Shown here: positions 13,796 through 25,299 of the stretch, piece after piece
How positions within the stretch are numbered: the first letter of the stretch is position 1
How the letters are laid out: each line of letters opens with the position of its first letter
Source of the DNA: Chlorokybus atmophyticus
Taxonomy: Eukaryota > Plantae > Mesostigma and Chlorokybus algae
NCBI GenBank assembly: GCA_009103225.1
Contig: RHPI01001202.1
Coordinates: 181,206 to 245,205 of the forward strand
Length of the DNA stretch: 64,000 nucleotides
Reading direction: 5' to 3'
Position numbers and translations under genes: made by a program
The notes under the pieces: generated by a model
What the model was told of the DNA's origin: nothing
The model's database searches: none
Seen by the model: only the letters and a program-made list of their open reading frames with translations

Positions 13796-13872
13796 GTACA
13801 GGATATGCTGCCAGTAGTTGTAGATGTGCATGACATCACTTACAGCATGTCAAACAGCATGCAAACACATTG
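13796..13872 (+). repeat. 77-bp dispersed repeat, copy 1 (copy 2 at 33974-34050; partial tandem copy at about 13690-13742)
   Basis: gtacaggatatgctgccagtagttgtagatgtgcatgacatcacttacagcatgtcaaacagcatgcaaacacattg aligns ungapped with 33974-34050, with a few substitutions. Confidence 0.85.
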
Positions 13873-16511
13873 AAACACAACCACCTGTTGACGCAATGTT
13901 AGCGAACACCAAAATGTGTAGTGTGTTTGCTGCAACTCAAAGTATCGCAACGTATTTAACTGTAACCGCCAAATTTTTGAACATATTGTATTTTTTTGAG
14001 TTCCACCGTGAATGTAATGAACACATTAGTGGTTGAACATACCGAGTGAAGGGTAGACCCAATGTCTTCACGTTTTGCAAGTTCCACCATGCTTGCGGGC
14101 GATGTCGCCGCTGCGCACCGCGTGATATACTTGTGTGCCTTTTCGTTGTTGTAATGCCCTTTAGATAAAACGCGGACCCCTAAGATTAGAATACTCCTTG
14201 AGGAGGCACTGTGTTGTAAAAGGGGCATCGTGTTCAGGTGTGAATACGGTATCATATAACCAATAAGGTACATATTATTTGATTGTGGAAGGGTTACAGT
14301 TTCATCAACTATGTAGCAAACTACCGCTTTATCAGTAATTCATAATGTATGTGAGCAATGATGTATCGCAGCACCGCAATACCATCCGGTACGCTAGGTA
14401 CACGTGCTCAATAAAACCGCTGCCAATTTTATTGAGCAATAACACACTTGTTGGATGTTACCGTCAGCACGTAGCATCTAACAGCTAATGGATTATAATT
14501 AATGCTGTCGTTGAAAAGCCCTCCTTCACTCTATGGCGGGTTGATCGCTCGCTTGTACGTTATGATGGCACACGTAGTATTTACGCGGCGCCTGAAAGTT
14601 GACTCTTGATATTTATACTTCCCTTTAGTGTTTCATTTGATATGTGAAGTATTTGTTTGATCGCTTGCTTCACCAAACTCAATTTAAAAAACAGATAAAT
14701 GTAAGATGTTCCATGGTTGACCCATTAAAAGGTACATTTTATATTGGCTTTTAACTTAACGCGATTGTGCTATAAAATGTGACCGATTATCAGCTTTACT
14801 CACATGATAAACCACATGAAACATGAAATGTAACAAACGATGTTCTTACATATTATCTACTATGCTAAATGAGATTGATCACAAAAGCTGGGTCATGTCA
14901 TTGAATGACATAACCCAACACTTGTGCTGAAATCTCATTACGAGTTATGTATGTACAAATGTAGACTTTTTTAAAAAGGCTATTATAATAAATCTAAACA
15001 GCTTTGTTAAGTGTATATTTGCATAAAGCGTTGAATGCTGCGCGGGTTATTTGTAGATTAAGTTGGTTGGATGGTTTACAAAATTAAACAACTTGTTGAA
15101 ATAAGAGTTTTTTTGAAGTTTATGATTTGTATCAATGCTGAGCATCTGTAACAACCTAGTTTTAACTCAAGGTGCTCCGATGCGCGTGTACAACAAAACA
15201 CAAAAGTTATGATATTATATATTGCAATGTAACATTTTATATTTATAATGTCGCAAACACAGATGCGTTGTGAATTATAGCATTGTGAAGGTACATGATT
15301 GGTTTTGTGTATGTACATTCATGTTGGTGTTTTCAGGCTTCAAGACATGTGTTAGTTGTATGATACCTTTGCCGCCTTGTCGGATAGATACCTACAGTGA
15401 ATACGTTGCGTGACATGCATTGTATGCGCCGTCTATCTAGTCATGGGCGCGTAAGTGTATAGGCTTTCCAACAGTATCAATGCAGGTGTCATGCACACAC
15501 GCACAAACACGGAAGAAGCCACATCAAAGTAGAGCACAACCAGTCAGGGCTATAAATTAAGACAGGGGCTTACACCTAACTATGTGCCGTAGCTAAGTGT
15601 ATGCGTCACGCATGTAGCTGCATTTATCAAATAAGCTGTGCCACACATGCGCAACCATGCCGATGTATCACGTGGTGTCATTGCTAGACTTGGTGGTATG
15701 TTTAGTGTAGGCAGCAATGCGCGCAAACAATGTTGGCAGGATGCATGCCCATGTGTGAGAAAACTTTTGAGGCTGTAATGTGAATGTTGTGTGCATCGCT
15801 GCGGTTGACCTATGCACACACGCACGCACGTTAAATGGGCGCTTCATCAAGAGTCCATTAGAACTTCTTAAAACAACGCAATATGCAAGGTTCGTGCATC
15901 TTAAATTGCAATTGGCAAGCCAAGCTGTAAGGTATTCCTACCTGGTTATCACTTATAGCATACTTGACAAATGTAGTGTTCAAGTTGTAGAACCCAAAAC
16001 GCTGCATGTAGAGCTATGGTAGTTCTATTGTGTATGCATGCCTAGTCACACACTGAGGAATGCATGTTCCTTTTTCCAAGTTTCCAACCCTTCGCTGACG
16101 GGCATACTAGTTACACACTTCTGCACGGCTAAACGCTAAACACGCTAAACAGCATGTAACCTTGCAAGTCAAGGCATGTGCAAAATTGTGCATACTTTGC
16201 ATGCAATGTGCACAACAATAAGCGTAATGTAGTGTTCCACAATGCCTTCATAGGCATGCCAGTGGCGCTGCAAGGTGAGTGGTATCGGTCACATAGCCTG
16301 ATACCCAGGAATGCGCATGCATCGTCCAGCTTCTCGGTAGGCATTGACTCAGCCACATATGGACTACTTGTAGCAGACTATGCCTAACTTGTCGTAGGCA
16401 TGAAGGGGCATGCAACTACGCATGCTGTGTTAGTCGAGTGTGTAAGTTGAGCGCTATATTTAGTCAAGGGGTACACACGGCGGGGGCAGACTACAACCAG
16501 CACAAACACCC

Positions 16512-18118
16512 CTAGTTAGCGGCTTCTCCACCAGATTGCTCTTCAAAAGCAGACTCCATGATGTCTTTGACTCCCACTGTCTGATACTGGGGCTGATCGC
16601 CTTCTTCAGGCGTAAGTAAACTGTCCCACCTGTTCACACCAACACTCTCCCTGCCATAGCAACACATGCCAAGGTAAGCACTTATAACCTCGACCGAATA
16701 AGATTGGGACCAATGTGACACTTACATGGTTGTGGCATGCGCATTGGTGGCGTGTCGTGAGAACCTCGACGCCTCAGCCTGCCGGCCATCGCTACGGCCC
16801 TCCGAGCCAGAACTAGAGATAAGTTCAGGGAGGTGATGTGATTTTACATTGGTGGGTGTAGGCTCGACGGACGACCCACCGGGAGCGCTTAACTGCTGTG
16901 ATACAACAACGGTTGGTGCAAAGACGGATGAAGAAGTGTGAGCGTTGCACGCACATAACAAGCAAGAACCCAACAAACGCGCACACATGCAGGCTCGCAC
17001 ACATGCCCGCACACCTAAGGCACGCTGGCACACGCCCCACCCCAGCCACACATGCTCCCGCACGTGCGCACACACATGCTCGCAGACACCAGTGCACACA
17101 CACATACGCATACACGTGCACACACAGATGCACGCACACTTAAGCTTTCTACCTGTCTTTGGAGACCCTCGCATTCCAGTGTCATGGCGGTCAGCTGCTG
17201 TTTGTAGTGTTTGGCCTGCTTCGTCAATGTTGCGTTGGCCACACGAAGCTCAGCAGCCTGCGCACATGTACAAGCGCAGGCTATAAACAATGCCCACACT
17301 GGCATGCTTGAGGAGCAGCAGAAGAACAAAACCTCACTGTATGCCACTTACCGCCTCTTCAAGTTTGTCCACATGCTCTTGCTTTCTGCGCCGCGAGCGC
17401 CTCGCTGACTCGCGGTTTGCTAGCATTCTGAACACAAGCACACATACAAACACATTGGTGCACCGTCCAACTACCACAACCGACCAACCAACAGCAATGC
17501 CACTGACCGTCTCCTCTTCCTCGGGTCGTTGCTCAGCTCATCGTCCTGCCCGTCCACCTGCTCCTCAGACTTGTCGTTGGGGTCAGAACCCCCACTATCA
17601 CCACCATGGTTGTGATACTGCTGCTGCTGCTGCTGCTGGTGGTGTTGTTGCTGCTGTTGATGATGTTCGTAGTGTTGTTGGTCCTCGCTGCCAGATGTAG
17701 ACAGCATTCCCAGCACCTCCGCGTCAAACTGCGCCATCTCACGGGCTGAGGGTGGACCCCCTCGCATGTTGGAAGCACCACCACCCTGCTGCCCATCTAT
17801 GGGGGACACTTGCTATTACTGTTGTTGTTGGTGGTGGTGCGCAAAAGCAGGCATGGGGGAGGCAAAGCTACTGGATATGCCGGCTACGCTGTTACCTTGG
17901 GTGGCCATGTGGGGGAAGTAGACGTTGCTGTTGTTGTTGGGATCCTGAGCATAGCTGTAGTGGTTGTTGTTATTGTTGTTTGCGGCGGCCGCAGCAGCAG
18001 CAGCCCTGTGGTTGGCCTGCGCCTGCAGGTTGGCTGTCATCTGTTGCATGCCCACTGGCAGGGGAGTGGTGGCAAAGATGGACGTGCGCCCCGTCCTCAC
18101 TCCAGGAGGCCCTGTCAT
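16512..18118 (-). CDS. bZIP transcription factor, group C/S-like (paralog 2); exon 1 frame interrupted by TAA-TAG at 17818-17813
   Basis: ATG at 18118. Exons 18118-17508, 17427-17352, 17257-17153, about 16887-16726 and about 16650-16512. Sequence DPRKRRRMLANRESARRSRRRKQEHVDKLEEAAAELRVANATL. It shares with paralog 1 the phase-2 intron before MLANRES and the intron after LQRQ. Confidence 0.8.
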
Positions 18119-21100
18119 GCTGAACTACGTATCTCTGTTCCCCTCCTAACCTCACGACACCACCAATGGCAACCCTCACACCCTCAGCCACAACCGTGGC
18201 CCTGTCTACAAGGAGGACACTCTCTCACAACAACCCTGACCCACAGAGCCACTGCCTCACTGCAAGCATGTCACCGCCCACACAACCATGCGTGCTTGCT
18301 CAGCAGCCATGCACGGTCAATGCAAGCAACAACCTCACTACCACACTACCACCACCACCGCTGCCGCCGCCGCCTCAACCCTCCCCCGCAACGACGATGA
18401 TGCTGCCACGTCAATCATGCAGGCAGAGAGGCGGTCAGCAGTTAATCACTAACCAGTACCAGTTGGTAATGACGACGTTGTTCAAAAGTAAACGGGACTG
18501 CTGATAGCAATTGTTGCGCCAATGGCATGCGTTCTATAGGTGCCAGCCGGGTTAACAGTGACCGCGGTCGCAGCCTTAGCAATCAGAGCAGCGGCGCTGA
18601 TTGAGTTGCGAACGGAACACAAAAATCTGCACGCTGACAGGCTGCGGGAAAGTACATCCCAAAGTGCATCTAGCGGCGATGCGCACCGGACAAGGTACAG
18701 GTCGCTGATGATCTCGTTAAAATCATTGCCACCCTTAGTTTGAAGCACTGCATGCAATTGTTGCCTGCTTCATAATGATTATAGGCAGCTTCTAGGCTGG
18801 TTTGCCGCAAAGTTGGCCTATGCATCGTCGTTGTGTGGAGCCCCTGCCACTTGTTGCCTTGTTTGCCTTGTTTGCCCTGAACACACAGCGGTTGTCAACG
18901 TTAGGTTGAGGGCCACATGGCCATCAATGAGGGGCCCTTTCTGAAGGGCTTTTAGGGTCTTTACCGGCGCGCACATACTGCGCGCCTGCTGAAAAGGGTA
19001 GTCGATGAATCACCCTTCCTCACTGATGAGCACTTTTTGTTCTGAGCAGTGCACTGATAACGGTGTGCAGTGTTGGCCGTTTAATTGATAGGCAGTCACG
19101 TCAAGGCGCGCGCGGTTGTGTGACAACAAGTCGCTCTACCAGTTGCTACGCCGTTTCCAGCTAGTCTGGTGCGCGGCTATGGCATGATGGGTGAGCTCCC
19201 TAGACCGGCCGCATGAAAACAACACCAATACATTGCATATGTGCTGGATACGATCCCGCAAGATACCTTGGCCGCGATCGTAGCACATCAGATTCTGTAC
19301 TTTGGCCGGTATGCTGCGGGGGTCATTGAATGCATTGAGTGAGACGACGCGTTGGTCGTACAACTCTCTTGATGTCATTATGTAAATGTACGCGCAAAGC
19401 CAAGCAGCATGAAAACACTGTTGTGAGCAGTAGCGGTAATGGCATTATTGGCATCGCTAGTGTGTGGCAACATGTGCACAACACGGGTCCTAATGCGCCG
19501 TCATTCCTACATCAGGCCGGCGCCTTGCCTACAGCATTTGCCAATCGCCAAGATGTCATATATGTTGTGCTTATGTACGTACAATGCCAACCCATTATTC
19601 ACACGCAACTGCATGCTAACCTTCCTGTGTGCGATGCGTGCATGCACACGTGCAACTATGTGCATTTACGTACTAAGCAATGCATTTCTGTCACACAGGT
19701 AGAGTAGCACAGCGCTCTGTACACACACACAGCAAGTACATATGTATATAGGCTGTTGTCACACACATGCATGACGCATGTGCTCATACAAATGGTAAAT
19801 CTGTGAGCATGCGCATGTGCAAGTATATGTGCATGCGTATGTGCGAGTATGTGTGCATGCATATGTGCATGTGCCCATGTCAATCTACACATCTGTAAGT
19901 GATGTGTCAAGATGTTTGCACCTATGCATCAGCATTTGCGCGTGCATATGAACGCACGCGCACAACCCAATCGTGACAATCCGCTTCCAACATGCACCGC
20001 ACATGAGCATGAGAGGTCACAAACGAAAGGTCATCAATGTGTATGAACAGTAATGTTGTCACTACTACTCACTCTACCTACACTTATGCACACCTACAGT
20101 ACTGCTACTCACAGTGTCTACTCCTACCTACACCTGCATAGACGAGTTCTACTTACGACCTGCACACCCACTATTACTACACCCACCACCTCCTCCTAGA
20201 CAACAGGTGAGCACCAACACTCCTGCGTACACGAATGCAAGCATACCCACATGCCTGCGTGAGTGCGCGTGCGTGTTCAGTAAGTCAGTCAGTCAGTCAG
20301 TCATTGCGTGTGCGCGTGCGTGCGCCCGTGCACACAACTTGGCTGCCTGCATGCGCGCGCGCGCCCGTGCATGTAGGCAGAGTGTGTGTGTGTATGTGTG
20401 TGTGTGTGCGTGCGCGTGCGCGTGTCAACAAACTGAAACACACGCACCTGGCCTGGTTGACGCCACTGCCTTCTAGTTCACATGGCCTGGCTGCCAGGGA
20501 CTGCAGCAGGGAAGTGATGGAGGGGCAAGGAAGACGTACTCAAAGCATTGTCCCACTGTCTGGCCTGCCTGACGCTGCCTGCCGTGGCGTCATCACCGTG
20601 ATTGCAGCAGGACGGTGGCATGGCAGCCCTGGTGGCCTGCTTGGTGGTCTGCACCTGACCGGGCAAGAGGGTGAGGGGCAGCGGCAGCAGCAGTCAGCAC
20701 ACATCACCTATCAGCATTCCAGAGCAGTAGCCAACACACACTTCCACACACGAACACATCAACCCCAACACAACAATACATCAACAATCACGCACTTGCG
20801 CATGCACTTGCACTGACTGCACACACAACAACGCACGCACACGCGCGCGCATTGACTGACTGCATTTGCAAACACCAATGCATAGATTCTTACACACACG
20901 CATGCGCGCACGCACCGAGTGGCTGAACACGTACGGTGACCTACGTGCTGTTGGTGACTGACTGAACACACGTAACAACATGCACAATTACAGTCAAACG
21001 CACAATGACTTAGACACATGCACAACCTCACGCATTCACACCCAAACATGCAGGCAATCACTGGCTGCTCAAGTGTGCATGCACACAAATTACTCACAAC

Positions 21101-22727
21101 CTACCAACCTGGCGGGTGTGAGTCAGGGGGTTGGGCGTGCTGCGGCTGCGATCCTGCCGCTTGCAGGGGGCACCGCTGTGTGCCAAGGCGATGAGAAGCA
21201 TGCAGGCGTCGTGCTTGAGGGGATTGGGGGCCAGCGTGCAAGCCAGAACAAACGAACATACATTACACACGATACAATAACCCACCTAGCGGCTGCAGGA
21301 AGTGCCGTCAGCGCAGGGGAGCGAAGGGTGATGCTGACGCCGCTTTTTGCCTGCTGCTAGGACGGGCCGCCGCCGCCTGCATGAGGCGGTGAGAAGACCG
21401 CCGGGGGCGTGCAGGCAGGCACACATTGTAGATGATCATAGATATTACAACAACAACGCAGCAGCACCACCTGCCGCTGAGATGGTCCGCCGATGCTGCT
21501 GCTGCGTACCTGTCGCTGGCAGGCTTCTCCTCCCCCTCCTCCTCCTCCTCCTCCGCCACGGCCGCAGTGCATCGCTGCATGCGGCCTGCTGTGCTATTAT
21601 TTCCCCAAACGGCACAAAATTCCAGCAGGCCGCGAGCCTTGGTGGAACACTTTTCAGGATCGCAAAGCGGGCCCATCGTGCCGTTGAAACGTGCGCATGC
21701 ATGGCACGGATGATAATTGAGTCACTGTTTGGAGAGACGCGCGTTTTCAAATCTTCATGAGCGTGGTTGATCGCAGGCAACGACGCGTCACAGGTTGGAC
21801 CATACCACTGGTGCCATCACTGCATCGCGCGGCAATAGTGGTAGCCCAAGCATTCCAAACTGCATCTGCACTCCAACGAAACCGCACACACGGGGGTGTT
21901 TTTTCACGTAGTAGTAGGATAACACTACAAACACCACATAACATACCATGGTATGCGAACTTTGGGAATCACAAGTTACAAAATACGCGAAAACTGCGAC
22001 TAATGCTGCATCAATATTCATCCACATGCACGGTTAAAGGCAAACAAGATTGTTCGCGTGTAAAGGAATATTTCTTAAGGTATTACACATGCATTAGTTA
22101 TTGCTGTGATGGTTGCTAGTTAGCTAAATGCTTACATATACTTGCGTATGCATGGTTCCTTGCATTTATTGTACACGCATGCGCGCGTGCATATGCACAC
22201 TTGACTTGCCACACCAGTTTGTATCGTGTGCATCGGATTGACGTGCGACGTTGGTAGCAAGATCTCCCGTTATTTGAGCATGGAAGAGATCTTGACCTTG
22301 TCGCAACATTGCAAGACATATTCGTTGCCTTCGCATCATGCATTATCATACACAGGTAAGATGAGATATTATACATAAATAATGATAGCGATTAGAATAC
22401 CATCTCAACAACATTCATCATTAAGTGTGGTGTTACCCAGCACGCATGCTTACAGAATCGCATCACGAACTTATTATTAACCATCACTATGACATGACAT
22501 GGCATTGGCCGCAGGCAGCCGACACTGTTTGGGTCCATCTGCTGAAGATATCGACCTTGTACTCAAATGTGGCATTGCTTGTTGCTGAGACACTCGTGCA
22601 ACTTGTGACCATGTGGCATGCATGTGGTAGACACAGTCATATGGCAGGTACTACACTCACGAGCCTTGGCATGCATAACCAATGGGGGAAGGTAGATAGC
22701 TAGTAGCGTTTATGGCTGCGTAGATGC

Positions 22728-23251
22728 TGTAACGGGAGCAATAACAATATGGGTATTATTGCTACCTAAATAACACATTGTGTATAAATAAGTATTTAAA
22801 TATGCTTATTTATACCTCGTTTCTACGGTTCCTCGCTTATTAAAGGCTATGATGCTTTATCATAGCTTAAATAAGTCCCAATGGGTGTTGAACCGCTTAC
22901 TCAAGCCCATTTAGTGTCATTTGATAAAATGTGATTACTATCTCGTTAGGTACCTGACGATAGGTACCTTTCAATAGGTACCTTATCGATAGGTACCTTA
23001 TCTGAGCTGTGATTGGCTCACACTCAACGTTTTAACTACCCAATCTGTAGGGTCAATGTTTAGTTGTGAGTTAATTATTGAGAGATATATTTGATATACT
23101 CTTGATATATAAGGTCACATTAACATGATGTGACCTCACTTTCAGTTCTCTGCTCAGTGGCGGCCACGCCGCTGAAAGGCTTGTCATAGGCGGTGTGGGT
23201 GTTGGGGTAGAGGATTGAAGGGGCATCATTTGCGACGGTGGTGCTGTTACA
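22728..23251 (+). repeat. 5' LTR (524 bp)
   Basis: Begins tgtaacgggagcaataac and ends ggtggtgctgttaca. Contains four tandem (ga)taggtacct units at about 22947-23001 and the hairpin aggtcacat...atgtgacct. Confidence 0.93.
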
Positions 23252-23905
23252 TCGGTATCCAGGAGCTGGGGGGTGACGTGGGTACTTATAGGGGGCGGCG
23301 ACCTGCTCTCGGCCAATCAGAAGGCGGTGGCGGCGGCCTCCTCCTATTTGTCCACGCAGCCCAAGCTTTAAGTTAGCTTCCCTGCGCTACCTCAACGTTG
23401 AAGCCACCCATCAAAGAGGCGGCCTCTTCACGTGTGAGGTACCATCACACACGTCGGTGACTTGCCTGCTTGCCAGCTGCTTGCCAGCTGCACGTGTGTA
23501 TTTTCATGCTCATCATTCAGTGACTTGCCATTGCATGAGTGCGGCTTGCTAGTGTGCCATCACTGCTTGTCACACTTAGTGCACTATCATTGCTTACAGT
23601 GATTGCCTGTCATTACATGCGGTAATTGCTTGGTATTGTGCTTGCCAGTGCATTTTTTTTTGTCACTGTACGGCTTGCCTGTTGCATGCCTGTGACGTAC
23701 CTGTGACCTGCCAGCTGCTTTTCTGGGTCGCTCGACCTGGGTCCGCAAGTTCCGAACCAAGTCGATTTCAAACCCTCCCCCTCTGCTTCGGCCTGGAGAT
23801 TGGGACTTAGTTGAGGACAATACGGAGTTAGTACAAACTGGTTCCATTAAGACTTGTTCTGTTTGGTGGCACTCCAAATCCAACCTTTCTTGTTTTGGGA
23901 CTTGT

Positions 23906-25201
23906 TTGGACACTGTCTGGGACTTTTACAACTTTGGGTCATTTTTAACCTCTCGTTGCACCTGGTCCATTGGTGAGGTTCTCACCATTCCATTTTGCCT
24001 GTTTTGCAAACAAATGGAAGAGAACTCGGTGCCCACCTTAAGGGGGGAAAGCTCGCAAAAAGAGCAATTATCCCGTGAGGAGGAGTTTCCATCCATGGAG
24101 GATATTTCCAACCCGGATGATGCACCTAATGAGTCTCATGCTGCTAAGGATGTGAATTCCTTGGTGGAACCAAAGGGGCCACCACCACCACCATCATTCG
24201 TGCAGCATGAAATTTCTATTCGCTTGACAAAACAGGAGTTGATAGACCACTTTTTTGGCACCTATGATGAGGAGCCTCGTGAGGCAATTGTCTCGCTCGT
24301 CAACTTCCTCTTTCATGTGGCGGAAAAGATCTCAAAGCTCACCACCTTTATGGGGTGAGATTGGGAGGGATCCATGGGTGAAGGCAAACGTGTTCTAAAC
24401 ATGATCGAGCGCCTTTAACGCTCTGACAGTGGTTCACCTGATCAGGCGCTCGCTCGATCTGCCGAGTTTGTTCTCAACAAACAAGCGGCAATTTTTGACT
24501 GACTCGTGAACTTGAGACACTATGTCAACTCCCTTCACATTTTTGAGGAGGGGATGTTGCGTGTAGCTGAGTTGCTGATCCCAAACGATGCTCTGGCAGA
24601 ATGGTACGCCGTAAGCAAAGTGATACGAACCTCGGGCGGGAAGTAAATCAGTTGTGCTCTTTCATGGAGCAGCGCTATGGTGGCGCAGATTTTGCCAAGG
24701 TTGCTCGCAACCAGCTGCACAATCTGCGTCACAACGGGCGTCTTGTTCAGCAGTATACCCAGGACTTCCAGTCTTTGTCAGCAAGATCAATGCTGGCAAA
24801 CTACCCATCAGTGATGCTAATCAGCTGGATATGTTCAGGCGTGGCTTGCACACAGATCTCGTGCAGCATGTGGCCGTCAACCCCGCGAGTTTGCAAGAGT
24901 GGGCCTCGACGGATTTGCCAATGCTGATGCAAATGGTTGCTGCTGTGGACAATGTGAAGCGCTCTCACGCAAACATGTGAAACAAAGCAAAAAAGGCAAC
25001 CCCGGCTTCAGCGCAAAGCGTCCGGCCACTAACAACAAGCCTTTTTTGAAAAAGGCGAAAACATCTCAGCCTGCTGGCCTCTATAACGCGCCTAAATCCA
25101 CCATCACTTGCAACTTCCGCAAGAAGTCAGGTCATGGAGAGGCCAAGTGCTATGCAAAGCAGAATGCACAGAAGTCCAAGCCGCAGAAGGACAAAAAATA
25201 G
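23906..25201 (+). pseudogene. Retrotransposon gag remnant with a degenerate zinc knuckle
   Basis: MEQRYGGADFAKVARNQLHNLRHNGRLVQQYTQDFQSL is the retrotransposon Gag capsid pattern. CNFRKKSGHGEAKC is a CCHC knuckle with the second Cys lost. The region is split across frames. Confidence 0.85.
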
Positions 25202-25299
25202 GAATTGTCCGTGGTTGGTAGCTTAGTCGATCAAAACGGCATTAAAACTCTGTACTGTTCTTGATAAAGTTTCCTCTCTTTGTGATGAATCAGATGTAT

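Noticed and set aside
13900-15350. Endogenous giant-virus insertion
   Set aside because: AT richness and hairpins are suggestive only; no viral hallmark ORF is readable.
17813-17818. TAA/TAG reassigned to Gln genome-wide, as in some ulvophytes and ciliates
   Set aside because: No other reconstructed exon has in-frame TAA or TAG, and several genes end at TAA/TAG where homologs end (bZIPs, USB1, NSE1, the small membrane protein).
22947-23001. CRISPR-like array
   Set aside because: Four short tandem units without unique spacers inside an LTR of a eukaryotic genome.
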